Of a stretch of 64,000 nucleotides of DNA, positions 53,781-63,246 are shown piece after piece. The DNA lies in the NCBI GenBank assembly GCA_964652155.1, contig CAZZBK010000013.1, positions 19-64,018 on the forward strand, written 5' to 3'. The first letter of the stretch is position 1. Each line of letters opens with the position of its first letter. Position numbers and translations under genes: made by a program. This DNA comes from an uncultured Planctomycetaceae bacterium (lineage in GTDB: Bacteria; Planctomycetota; Planctomycetia; Pirellulales; PNKZ01). The notes beneath the pieces are model-generated. The model ran no database searches and was not told the origin of the DNA. It saw nothing but the letters and a program-made list of their open reading frames with translations.

Positions 53781-55334
53781 TTACAACGTCGGGCCGATCG
53801 CCCAGGGGGCGTACTCGTCTTCGCCGTAGCCGAGCTGCTCGCTCTTGGTTTTTTTGCCGCTGGCCACGTCGAGCACCATCTCAAAAATCTCGCGGCCGAC
53901 GTGCTCGACACTCGTCCCTTCCAAAATCACGCCGGCGTTGATGTCCATGTCGGACTCCATTCGCTGGTACATCGGCGTGTTCGTGGCGATCTTGATCGAG
54001 GGGCTCGGCTTACAACCAAAACAACTGCCGCGACCGGTCGTGAAGGCCACGACATTGCAGCCGCCGGCAACCAAGCCGGTCACGCTCGCGGGATCAAAGC
54101 CCGGCGTGTCCATCACGCACATCCCCTTGGCCGTGATCGGCTCGGCGTAGAGATACACGGCGTTCATGGCCGTCGAGCCGGCCTTGGCCGTGGCGCCGAG
54201 CGATTTCTCGTAAATGGTCGTCAGACCCCCTTCCTTATTGCCGGGCGAGGGATTGTTGTCGAGCTGCACACCAAAGAAGCCGGCATAACGCTCCCACCAG
54301 CGGATTCGCTCGACGAGTTTCTCCCCCACCGCGCGGCTGCGAGCCCGGCGCGTGAGCAGGTGCTCAGCCCCCAGAATCTCGGGGGTCTCGGCGAGCACGG
54401 TCGTGCCACCGGCGGCGACGAGCAGATCGCTGGCCACGCCCAAGGCCGGGTTGGCCGTGATGCCCGAGTTCCCATCGCTGCCGCCGCAATTCAAGCCAAG
54501 AATAATCTCGTTGGCCGGGATCGACTCGCGCCGCACGTCGTTGACCAGCGGCAACAAGCCGGAGAGTTCGCGCAAGCCCCACTCGATCGTCTTCTGCGTG
54601 CCGCCGAGGTCTTGCAACGTGGCAATCGGCACTTGCCGCTGAGCTTGGTTCCCCAGGCCGCTAATCTGCACGAGCCCTTCATGATCGACGAGATACGGAA
54701 TCGAGCCGGTCTCGCAACCCAGGCCGATGATGATATAGCCCCCGATGTTGGCATGTTTGGCAAAGCCGGCGATCGTGCGGGCGAGTTGCTGATGGTCCTC
54801 GCCGCCAAACTGCATGGCGCAGCCCCCCTTGTGCGTCAGCGGCAGAATGCCATCGACGTTGGGATACTTTTTCAGCAGCGTCTCGTCGAACCGCTGCGCG
54901 ATCAGCTTGCTCACATGGGCCGAGCAGTTCACGCTCGAGATGATCGCGATATAATTGCGCGTGGCCGCCTTGCCGCTAGCGCGACGGTAGCCCTGAAAGG
55001 TGCGCCCCACGATGGGTTCGGGATCGCGCGGCGTTTCGGTGGCGTACTCGTAATCTTGCCGCAGGGGTCCCGCTTCGAGGTTATGCGAGTGGATCCAGTC
55101 GCCCGGCTCGATGGCACTCTTGGCATAGCCGATGAGTTGACCGTAGCGCGTGACGCGCTCCCCCTTGGCATGCGGCCGCAGGGCGATCTTGTGCCCCAGC
55201 TTGACCGCACCGGTCAACTTGACCGTGTACGGTCCGGCGGTGATCGTCTCGCCCGCGGGCAGATTACACGTGGCAATACAGACGGTGTCGTCGTTATGGA
55301 GATGCACAACACGAACGGCGGAAGAAATCAACAT
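53781..55334 (-). CDS. UxaA-family dehydratase (altronate/galactarate dehydratase-like) with N-terminal SAF domain
   Basis: SAF segment VKLGHKIALRPHAKGERVTRYGQLIGYAKSAIEPGDWIHSHN. UxaA core GCETG...GGSDG...VAFTTGRGS. Start at ATG 55334. Confidence 0.88.
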   Translation of the reverse strand: MLISSAVRVVHLHNDDTVCIATCNLPAGETITAGPYTVKLTGAVKLGHKIALRPHAKGERVTRYGQLIGYAKSAIEPGDWIHSHNLEAGPLRQDYEYATETPRDPEPIVGRTFQGYRRASGKAATRNYIAIISSVNCSAHVSKLIAQRFDETLLKKYPNVDGILPLTHKGGCAMQFGGEDHQQLARTIAGFAKHANIGGYIIIGLGCETGSIPYLVDHEGLVQISGLGNQAQRQVPIATLQDLGGTQKTIEWGLRELSGLLPLVNDVRRESIPANEIILGLNCGGSDGNSGITANPALGVASDLLVAAGGTTVLAETPEILGAEHLLTRRARSRAVGEKLVERIRWWERYAGFFGVQLDNNPSPGNKEGGLTTIYEKSLGATAKAGSTAMNAVYLYAEPITAKGMCVMDTPGFDPASVTGLVAGGCNVVAFTTGRGSCFGCKPSPSIKIATNTPMYQRMESDMDINAGVILEGTSVEHVGREIFEMVLDVASGKKTKSEQLGYGEDEYAPWAIGPTL

Positions 55335-55371
55335 GCTGATGCGTAGGGAATAGGTGATGAAGAAGGAAATG

Positions 55372-55502
55372 GAACCACGGATGAACACAGATCAACACGG
55401 ATCTAAGAGATGAAAGTAGGAAAAGATCGCAATTGCATTTGCGTTCCACTCCTTGACTAGCCTCTAGCCCCTCTCCTCCCGATCTGTGTTCATCCGTGGT
55501 TC
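55372..55502. repeat. MITE-like element with perfect 22-bp terminal inverted repeats (family F)
   Basis: GAACCACGGATGAACACAGATC (55372..55393) and GATCTGTGTTCATCCGTGGTTC (55481..55502). Confidence 0.9.
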
Positions 55503-55573
55503 TTTTCGTGACTTGAGTTGCTCTCGCTAATTTTATCGCGTTGTGGCGGAGTGTACCACCCGGGCTCAATGGT

Positions 55574-56848
55574 TCAATCTTTGAGATTGAACAGCCGCTT
55601 GAAGGCGTCGATCAGGCCGTGCGGGACCCCTTCACGCGACTCGTCCCGCAAGGCCTCAAGCGGCGGATGCAAGAACTTATTGATGAGCCGATCGAATGAT
55701 TGCCGCACCTCGTCGCGCGTGCGATCGTCGAGTTGCGGCAGCTTATTGAACAGCCGCTTCAGTTCCTCGTCCTTCCACTGCTGCCACCCCTGTCGCACGC
55801 GGCGAATGATGGGACCCGTGGTGCGATGGTTCAAATCGGCCATGAAGCGTGCCGTCTCGTCCTCGATAATGACCATCGCGCGGGGAAATTCCTGATCGCG
55901 CTGTTGCCGGTTCCGCTCGCAGGCCGCGCTCAGGTCGTCGAGCGAGTACAGGTACACGTTCAGACACTCGCCAATGCGCGCATCGAAGTCGCGCGGCACG
56001 GCCAGGTCGAGCACGAACAGATCACGCTGAAACCGCCGCGGCTCGATCTGCTTATACAGCTCAAGACTCACGATCGGATCTTCGGCTCCGGTCGTGGAAA
56101 TCACCAGATCGGCCTCGGCGAGCAGTCGGGGCAACTCGCTCCACTCGGCGGCGCGGCCGTTCATCTTCTCGGCCAACGCGCGCGCGCGTTCAAAGCTGCG
56201 GTTGATGACCGTGATGTCGCGGGCCCCCTCGTCGAGCAAATACGTGAGCGTCTCCTCCCCCATCTCGCCGGCACCGATCACAACGATCCGCTTGTCGTCG
56301 AACCGCTCGAAGATATTCTTGGCGAAGTCGCTGACCGCGATGCTGGGGATACTCACGCGCCGCTCGTTGATCGCCGTTTCAGTGGCGACCCGCTTGGCCA
56401 CTTTAAGCGCCGCCTGGAACATCTGATGCGTGAGTGGCCCGGTGCTGTTATGAGTTTGGGCCAACTCGTAGGCCTGCTTCACCTGCGCGACGATCTGCGG
56501 CTCGCCAACCACCATGCTGTCGAGGCTGGCCGCGACGGTAAACAGATGCCGCACGACATCCTCGCCGCTCCGCTCGAAGAGGTCGTTAAAGATGTCGACC
56601 GTGCGCAAGCCATGAAAGTCGGCGAAGAACTCGGCCACGTCGCGATGCGAGGGGACCTGCGACTGATCGTCGGCCGCCGTGTAGAGTTCGACCCGATTGC
56701 AGGTCGAAAGCAGCACGACCTCGGAGCCCGGGAATCGCGCGCGCAGATCGTCGAGCGCCTGCTCGGCTTGCGGCGGACTAAACGCGAGCTTGGCCCGCAA
56801 GTTGACCCCGCTCAGATGATGCGAACAACCGACGACTTGGACCTTCAT
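55574..56848 (-). CDS. hemA: glutamyl-tRNA reductase
   Basis: MKVQVVGCSHH, LSTCNRVELY (catalytic Cys) and NADPH motif VVIGAGEMGE. Confidence 0.95.
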   Translation of the reverse strand: MKVQVVGCSHHLSGVNLRAKLAFSPPQAEQALDDLRARFPGSEVVLLSTCNRVELYTAADDQSQVPSHRDVAEFFADFHGLRTVDIFNDLFERSGEDVVRHLFTVAASLDSMVVGEPQIVAQVKQAYELAQTHNSTGPLTHQMFQAALKVAKRVATETAINERRVSIPSIAVSDFAKNIFERFDDKRIVVIGAGEMGEETLTYLLDEGARDITVINRSFERARALAEKMNGRAAEWSELPRLLAEADLVISTTGAEDPIVSLELYKQIEPRRFQRDLFVLDLAVPRDFDARIGECLNVYLYSLDDLSAACERNRQQRDQEFPRAMVIIEDETARFMADLNHRTTGPIIRRVRQGWQQWKDEELKRLFNKLPQLDDRTRDEVRQSFDRLINKFLHPPLEALRDESREGVPHGLIDAFKRLFNLKD

Positions 56849-57744
56849 GAGTTCGCCTCCGTGCCAGAGGCGAAAGGGGCGAGGGGTGAGGGGTGAGGGG
56901 TGAGGTCCGATTTTCTCCCGGCGTGTTCACTGGGCAGCCAGAAACGCACGACGATCGACAAGGCGAGAAACACGAAGCTCACCAAAGTCAGATAGGCCAC
57001 CTTGCGTCCCTGGCGAGCGGGCCGATAGAGGATCGAAAAGCCGGCCGCCACGATGAGCCAACCGGCGAACAGGCTGCTGCTCCAGACGATCGGATCGTTC
57101 CAGGGAATGTTGGCCAACGAGCGGCTCCGATTGATCGAGTTGAGCACGATGCCCGAGAACAGCCCAATGGCGAACATCACAACCGAGCTAAGCAGCGCGC
57201 GTTGATTGAGTCGTTCGAGCCATTCGAGGCTGGGGAGGCGCAGGCCGATGGTCGCAATCCGTTTGTGTTTCATTCGCCAGGCTTGCACCAGGCACATCAG
57301 CCCGCCGACGAAGCCGACCATGACGGTCACATAGCCCAACAGCAGCGAGAAGCCGTGGATGCGTCCCCAGATGGTGATCGCCTCGGCCGTGGCAAAGGGG
57401 GTGGTGTCTCCCCAAAATCGCCCCACGGCGATCAGCACGAGCACGATCGGCAACACGAACACGCCGAAGGCGGTGCGTGGATGCGCGTACGTAAGATACA
57501 AATACAACGCGACCAGCACCCAGGCGGCGACCAAGTACCAATCGAATTCGCTCGACAACGGCGTGGCGGCCGCCGTGGCGGCGCGATGGGCCAGAAACAA
57601 GCTGTGCGCAAACAAGCCAGCCCCGGCAAAGCCGAGCATCACCACGCCGCGCACCCGGCTGCTGAACCAGAGCCGCGAGAGCTCGAGCGCGAGCGCGACG
57701 GTGTAACTCGCCGCGAAACAGGTGATGCTAATGCCTTGGAACAT
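56845..57744 (-). CDS. cytochrome c assembly family membrane protein (CcsA/HemX-like)
   Basis: About 8 hydrophobic helices. Its stop overlaps the hemA start (ATGA), as in hemA-hemX arrangements. The C-terminal LTPHPSPLAP is encoded by the G-rich repeat. Confidence 0.75.
   Translation of the reverse strand: MFQGISITCFAASYTVALALELSRLWFSSRVRGVVMLGFAGAGLFAHSLFLAHRAATAAATPLSSEFDWYLVAAWVLVALYLYLTYAHPRTAFGVFVLPIVLVLIAVGRFWGDTTPFATAEAITIWGRIHGFSLLLGYVTVMVGFVGGLMCLVQAWRMKHKRIATIGLRLPSLEWLERLNQRALLSSVVMFAIGLFSGIVLNSINRSRSLANIPWNDPIVWSSSLFAGWLIVAAGFSILYRPARQGRKVAYLTLVSFVFLALSIVVRFWLPSEHAGRKSDLTPHPSPLAPFASGTEANS
56876..56900 (+). other. canonical G-quadruplex motif G4-N3-G4-N3-G4-N3-G4
   Basis: GGGGcgaGGGGtgaGGGGtgaGGGG on the + strand. 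It lies inside the 3' end of the ccsA-like CDS (non-coding strand), 28-52 nt from the hemA start codon. Confidence 0.7.
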
Positions 57745-57768
57745 AGGAAAATATTGAATGATGTATAA

Positions 57769-57817
57769 CCCTTCTCCCTTTGGGAGAAGGTGGCGACATC
57801 GTTGCCGGATGAGGGGA
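57769..57817. repeat. hairpin repeat family E
   Basis: CCCTTCTCCCtttgGGAGAAGGtggcgacatcgttgccggatgaggggag. Confidence 0.8.
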
Positions 57818-57951
57818 GTTGGGAGTATCGGTCGTGCGTGCTATATGTTGTCTCGATGCTGAGGGGGTTTGCTCTGCGGCGTGCCAGTTGAGAAGGATTC
57901 GTTCATCTCGCTTCCAAAAACACGTCCACTTACTTTAGGTCGCGCCGCCAG

Positions 57952-57997
57952 CTCCCCTCACCCGGCCTTCGGCCACCCTCTCCCAAGGGGAGAGGGG
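57952..57997. repeat. hairpin repeat family E, inverted relative to 57769..57817
   Basis: ctcccctcacccGGCCttcGGCCaCCCTCTCCCaagGGGAGAGGGG ends 9 nt before the stop of the sigma54 activator gene. Confidence 0.8.
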
Positions 57998-58005
57998 ATT
58001 GGGAA

Positions 58006-59070
58006 TTACCCTTCCTCCTTCTCGCTCTCGTCGAGGCCGTAATCCTTGAGCTTCTTGTGCAGCGTGTTGCGATTGATCCCCAGCTTGGCGGCCGCCTTGA
58101 TCTGCACATTGTCGCAACTGCTCATCACTTGGGCGATCAACTCACGCTCGACACGATCGACAATCTTGGCGTGCAGACTATCCTCGTTCGGGCTGGCGCT
58201 CGTGAGGCCAAACTGCACCAACTCGGCGGTGAGCGATTCCAGGTCGGCCTTGCTAAAGCGGGGCGAGCGGCGCGACTTGCGCCCCAGTACCGCGTCGGGA
58301 AGCAGATCGAGCGTAAACTCATCGCTGGGGGACATGACCACCGCGCGCTCGACGTAGTTCTGCAACTCGCGCACGTTGCCAGGCCAGTCGTACCTCTGTA
58401 AGGCTTCGATCACCTGCGGTTCGACATGCACGACATACCGATCGTTCCGTTCGTTGTAATACTCCAAGAAGTAGCTGACCAGCGCGGGGATATCCTCGCG
58501 CCGCTCGCGCAGCGGGGGGAGATGGATGGCCACCACGTTGAGCCGATAGAACAAGTCCTCGCGAAACCGCTCCGCCTCGACCTCGTCAAGCAAATCGCGA
58601 TTGCTGGCGGCAATCACGCGCGTGTCGACCCGCACGGTGTGCGTATCGCCGACGCGCTCGAACTCGCGCTCTTGCAAGACGCGCAGCAGCTTGACTTGCA
58701 GCTTGGGGGTGGTCGAGTTGATCTCGTCGAGGAAGATCGAGCCGGTGTGGGCAGCCTCAAAACGGCCGGTCCGATTGTCGACCGCGCCGGTGAACGCGCC
58801 GCGCACGTGGCCAAACAGTTCGCTCTCGAGCAGGCTCTCGCTCAATGCGCCGCAGTTCACACGCACGAACGGGCCACTCTGCCGCGGGCTGAGCTGGTGA
58901 ACCGCCTTGGCAATCAATTCCTTGCCAGTGCCGGTCTCGCCCAGCAACAACACGCTGGCATTGCTCCGCGCGACCTGCCGGGTCAAGGCGTACACGTGTT
59001 GCATGGCCGGACCGCTGCCAATCAAACCGGAGATCGGCGGCCCCGACGGAGACGAATGTTGCTCTTTCAT
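58006..59070 (-). CDS. sigma54-dependent transcriptional activator (AAA+ plus Fis-type HTH), no receiver/sensor domain
   Basis: Walker [18 protein letters not shown] loop, ESELFGH and a C-terminal [19 protein letters not shown]. Start at ATG 59070 (MKEQHSS), only about 20 aa before the AAA+ core. Confidence 0.88.
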   Translation of the reverse strand: MKEQHSSPSGPPISGLIGSGPAMQHVYALTRQVARSNASVLLLGETGTGKELIAKAVHQLSPRQSGPFVRVNCGALSESLLESELFGHVRGAFTGAVDNRTGRFEAAHTGSIFLDEINSTTPKLQVKLLRVLQEREFERVGDTHTVRVDTRVIAASNRDLLDEVEAERFREDLFYRLNVVAIHLPPLRERREDIPALVSYFLEYYNERNDRYVVHVEPQVIEALQRYDWPGNVRELQNYVERAVVMSPSDEFTLDLLPDAVLGRKSRRSPRFSKADLESLTAELVQFGLTSASPNEDSLHAKIVDRVERELIAQVMSSCDNVQIKAAAKLGINRNTLHKKLKDYGLDESEKEEG

Positions 59071-59122
59071 ATCCTTAAACGCGCTGCGCTGCGCCGGGCG
59101 ACCTGTGTCGCGCTGGCGAGCG

Positions 59123-61351
59123 CTAACGCGGCGGCTCCTCCTGAACAGGGGTTGCAACGCTCGCCGGCTCCGCCTGCTTGCCAGTGCGCTCCAGGGTATC
59201 GAGTATCGACGCGAGCACCTGCTGCACGTCACGCGGTTGGCGTTCGCTGTCGTTGTAGCGGTCGTATTGCCGCAGCATCTCGCTCCGGGTCAACATGATG
59301 CCCGATTGCTTGACGCTCGCCGCAAAGGCGTCAGCCGCGCCGCGCCGCAACTCAATCGGCTGCGTGAGCGAGCTGGCAATCTCGACCAGTTGCCGCTGAG
59401 CGGGCGCTGAGCCCAACTCGGCGAGCAGCGCGAACGCGGCCGGAGCCAGCTCGCTGACCCGCGTGGCGTCGATGAGCGACGACTCAAGTTGCCGCGAGCC
59501 ATAACGGCTGCGCGCCTCGCGATCGAGCGACACCCACCACTCGAGCACCCACTTGGCCTGCTGCACTCGCAATGGCGGCGGCACGATGTGCCTGCCATGC
59601 TCGTTGAACAACGTGCGAAAGAACGTCGCATCGGCCGTCAAGCTGCTGGAGGGTTCATAGACCTCGGCCAACTCGATCCGCCGCGCCAAGGCCGTCGCCA
59701 ACTCGCGTTGCGCGGCGTCGGCCACAATCGCCAGCGGAATGTGGGCCGTTCGATTGTCTCGCCGCAGCGCGTTCAAGAACAGCCCCGAGCTTGGCGCCGC
59801 CACCAGCATGTCGACCACCAACAACTCGTAATCGGCCGACTTGGCGAGCATTTGCATCGCGGTCCGCGCGTCGGGCGCAATTTGCACGTCAACTCCAAGT
59901 TGCATCAGCACGCCCACGCGATTCTGGGCCGTCACCGGACGCGGATCCACGACCAACGCCCGCGGCACTCCTTGCGTGGAGATCAGCGAGCGAACCGTCT
60001 CGACCACAAAGCTGTCGCCAGGGAAAGCGTCGCGCGGTTGCCAAACAGCCAGGGTTTGCAAGGCGGCGAAGCGAATGCGCCGGTTGCGATGACGCACGGC
60101 CTGCATGACGAGTGACGTGTTGGCGTCGAGCCGGTGCAACGACTCGGCCGACCCCACCTCGCCCAGCAGCCGCAAGGCGACCACGGCCAGGTCGGCGCGG
60201 TCGTCGGCGAGCGCCGATTGCAACAACTCGTTCAGTCCCAGCTCGCCCGCCTCGCGCAGCGACGCGATCGTTGCCGCTTCGCTCTCGGGCCAAGGTTGAT
60301 CGATGCCAAATTGAGTCGCGGCGGCTTGGATCCGCGTCGACCAATAAAACTTGCGAATCTCGGCGCTCTCGCTCATGATTTGCCGCGCTTGATCGGCGAA
60401 CCGCGACGCCTGTTGCAGCGCGGCGATGCGCGTGGGGAGCAGGTCGACGACCAGCTGCGCGTTGTCGGCGTCCCAGCGCAAAATGGCCGAGCGCCCCTCG
60501 GCGTCGCTGTCGAGCTTGCGTTGTCCGCTGACGAATTCTCGCGCGGCCAGATACAGTTTGCCGGCGGCCTGACCGCTCGTGAGCTGTTCGAGTTGCGGCA
60601 CCGCGCGGCGCGTGGCGGCGCGGACCTCGGCCGAGGCCTGGGGCGAAAACGCCGGCGCGAGCGCGTACAGCACAGTGTCCGGATGATCGAGCCGCGCGAG
60701 CGTCTCGACGGCCCGCACCTTGATCGAGTCGCCGGCCGTGGCCGCGAGCGACGACAGCGGCTCGAACGATTCGCTCCCCAACACCACGAGCGCCTCTTGG
60801 ACGCCGCGGTGGTAGTCGGTCTTGCTGTCGTCGGCGAGCGCGGCGACGAGCGCCGACACGGCGACGGCGTGTCCCAACTGCAACTCGCGGATCGCCGTGG
60901 CGCGAACCGCTTTCGCTGGGTTGGCCAACTGCTCGATATGAGCGGCGATCCGCTCAGGGTCGCGGACTCGACGCTCGAACGCGCCGATGGCCGCCTCGGA
61001 CAGCGGCTTGCCCCACGGAGAGAGCACGTCGTTGCGCGAAATCTTCAAAAAGAACGCCGAACCCAACTCGCGATACAAGGCCACGAGCTTATCCTCGTCC
61101 AACTGCATGTCGAGCAGCTTCTTGAGCGACGCCGCGGCGTACGGTGCCTCGTTCAGATCGATGAACGTGTTCACCAACCGGGCCAGGCCCGAGACGGTCT
61201 GCGGCGGTCGTTCGAGCAACACACGCACGACCGGATCGCGCGCCGGTGGCAAAACTGGCAACGGAATGTCGGCCGGCTCTTGAGCCCAACCAACACTTAC
61301 CACGCACGACCAAACGATCGCGGCCCAGACGGCATTCATCACGCGTGACAT
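59123..61351 (-). CDS. HEAT-repeat protein with an embedded CheY-like pseudo-receiver domain and an N-terminal signal peptide
   Basis: [26 protein letters not shown]. Helical repeat regions with [11 protein letters not shown]-type HEAT motifs. Receiver-like segment RALVVDPRP...YELLVVDM...IPLAIVAD. Confidence 0.7.
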   Translation of the reverse strand: MSRVMNAVWAAIVWSCVVSVGWAQEPADIPLPVLPPARDPVVRVLLERPPQTVSGLARLVNTFIDLNEAPYAAASLKKLLDMQLDEDKLVALYRELGSAFFLKISRNDVLSPWGKPLSEAAIGAFERRVRDPERIAAHIEQLANPAKAVRATAIRELQLGHAVAVSALVAALADDSKTDYHRGVQEALVVLGSESFEPLSSLAATAGDSIKVRAVETLARLDHPDTVLYALAPAFSPQASAEVRAATRRAVPQLEQLTSGQAAGKLYLAAREFVSGQRKLDSDAEGRSAILRWDADNAQLVVDLLPTRIAALQQASRFADQARQIMSESAEIRKFYWSTRIQAAATQFGIDQPWPESEAATIASLREAGELGLNELLQSALADDRADLAVVALRLLGEVGSAESLHRLDANTSLVMQAVRHRNRRIRFAALQTLAVWQPRDAFPGDSFVVETVRSLISTQGVPRALVVDPRPVTAQNRVGVLMQLGVDVQIAPDARTAMQMLAKSADYELLVVDMLVAAPSSGLFLNALRRDNRTAHIPLAIVADAAQRELATALARRIELAEVYEPSSSLTADATFFRTLFNEHGRHIVPPPLRVQQAKWVLEWWVSLDREARSRYGSRQLESSLIDATRVSELAPAAFALLAELGSAPAQRQLVEIASSLTQPIELRRGAADAFAASVKQSGIMLTRSEMLRQYDRYNDSERQPRDVQQVLASILDTLERTGKQAEPASVATPVQEEPPR

Positions 61352-61522
61352 ACTGAGGTTCTCAAATAGCGGCCTCGGCTGCCATCGACCACTCCAGTCG
61401 AGACAACCGTTCTACGGTGATGCGTGATCCTCATGAATGCACGGTCTTAAACTTCAAATGATTGTAGCTACAGGACGACCAGCGGGAGTTCGGAAATAAC
61501 GGCCTCGCGTTGCTCGACCTGT

Positions 61523-62908
61523 TCAACTGCTGACCAATAAAAACGCTTTCCAACGGGCAATTTGCTGGTCGACCTCGGCGGGCGCGGTCGAACCATAACT
61601 CACGAACCGCTCGACCGCGTTACGCACGCCGAGCACCTGATACACGCTCTCGTCGATCGACTCATGTGCCGAGCGAAAGTCGGAGAGCGACAGCTCGTTG
61701 AGCCGACAGCCCCGGTCGAGCGCCGTCCGCACAAGCTTGCCCACCATTTCATGGGCCGAGCGCTGCGGGATGCCACGCTGAATGAACCACTCCATCAGCG
61801 TGGTCGCGTCGAGGTGCCCGGCTTCGAGCCGCTCGGCAATCGCGGCGCGGTTGAGCTCGGCCTGGGCAACCAGCGGCGCGGCAAGCTCCAGGCAGATGCG
61901 GACCGTGTCGAAGCTGTCGAACACCGGCTCCTTGTCTTCCTGTAAGTCGCGGTTGTAGGCCAGCGGCAAACCTTTAATCAGCACGAGCAGCCGGGTCAGA
62001 TTACCGACGACGCGCGCGGTTTTACCCCGGGTCAACTCAAGCACGTCCGGGTTGACCTTCTGCGGCATGATCGACGAGCCGGTGCAAAAAGCCTGCGGCA
62101 ACTTGAGAAAGTTGAACTCGGTGGTCGACCACAGGATCCATTCCTCGGCCCAGGTGCTCAGGTGTTCGGCAATCAGCGTCAGCACGAAGGCAAACTCGAC
62201 GACGAAGTCCCGATCGCTCGACACATCGATGCTGTTGGCCGCCACGCTCTCGAAACCCAAGTCGCTGGCGACGGCGTGTCGATCGATCGGCAAGCTGGTG
62301 CCGGCCAAGGCCGCTGCTCCGAGACTGAGCACATTCACGCGGCGGCGACAGTCGGCCAGCCGGCTCCGGTCGCGCGCGAACTTTTCGCAGTACGCCAGCC
62401 AATAGTGCGGCGCGAGCACCGGCTGCGCCCGCTGCATGTGCGTATAGCCGGGCAAAATGACCTCGCGGTCCCGATCGCAACGGCCAACAAACGAGCGTTG
62501 CAACTCGAGCAACCGGGCGTCGATAAGATCGATCGCCTCGCGAACCCAAAGCCGCAAATCGGTCGAGACCTGATCGTTGCGGCTCCGCGCGGTGTGCAGT
62601 TTGCGACCGGTGTCGCCGATCCGCTCGATCAGCGCCCGCTCGATGTGCATGTGGATGTCTTCGAGCTCGATGCGAAAGGGGAAGCGGTCCTGCTCAATTT
62701 CTTGGCGGATGGCGAGCAACCCCTGCTCGATCTGTTGGCACTCGTCGGTCGAAATGAGTCCGACCTGGGCGAGCATGTGGGCATGGGCGATCGAGCCGCG
62801 AATATCTTGCTCGTAAAGGCGGCGATCGAAGCTAATGCTTTCGCTGAACTGCTCGACCCGTTTGTCGGTGGCCTGGCTGAACACACCTTCCCACGCTTTG
62901 GCGGCCAC
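61523..62908 (-). CDS. argH: argininosuccinate lyase
   Basis: KAWEGVFSQ...[11 protein letters not shown], signature [12 protein letters not shown]. Start provisionally at GTG 62908 (LLLVAAKAW). The ORF-track ATG at 63106 adds 66 non-homologous residues. Confidence 0.9.
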   Translation of the reverse strand: MAAKAWEGVFSQATDKRVEQFSESISFDRRLYEQDIRGSIAHAHMLAQVGLISTDECQQIEQGLLAIRQEIEQDRFPFRIELEDIHMHIERALIERIGDTGRKLHTARSRNDQVSTDLRLWVREAIDLIDARLLELQRSFVGRCDRDREVILPGYTHMQRAQPVLAPHYWLAYCEKFARDRSRLADCRRRVNVLSLGAAALAGTSLPIDRHAVASDLGFESVAANSIDVSSDRDFVVEFAFVLTLIAEHLSTWAEEWILWSTTEFNFLKLPQAFCTGSSIMPQKVNPDVLELTRGKTARVVGNLTRLLVLIKGLPLAYNRDLQEDKEPVFDSFDTVRICLELAAPLVAQAELNRAAIAERLEAGHLDATTLMEWFIQRGIPQRSAHEMVGKLVRTALDRGCRLNELSLSDFRSAHESIDESVYQVLGVRNAVERFVSYGSTAPAEVDQQIARWKAFLLVSS

Positions 62909-63246
62909 GAGCAACAACCCTTCGAACGGAGAGCGGACGAATTGAAACAACCTATTTACTGTAAACAGCTTAGTGCGCGTCGTCAAAGCCCTGTCGTGGT
63001 CGTTACGACCGATACGACCGCCCCCCAGCCCTAAGCTGGTGACCACGCTTGCGTTACGTGCCAAACAACCGTTGAACCACCTCAAAATCGGCGATTGGCC
63101 CAGCATTTAGCCCCGAGAGCACTCAACGGTTGCCTGGATCACAGGCAAGGAGCGGTGGAGACAGGGCACCTAGCAACGATGTTCTCGCCCGAAAGATATG
63201 AAAACAGCTACACAAGCATGATTGTGCATGGGTTCATTACCGTAGT

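Noticed and set aside
61523-63106. 66-residue N-terminal extension of argH from the ATG at 63106
   Set aside because: The ArgH homology begins at KAWEGVF. The extension has no ArgH counterpart and lies in AT-richer sequence. GTG at 62908 is preferred, but this is not proven.
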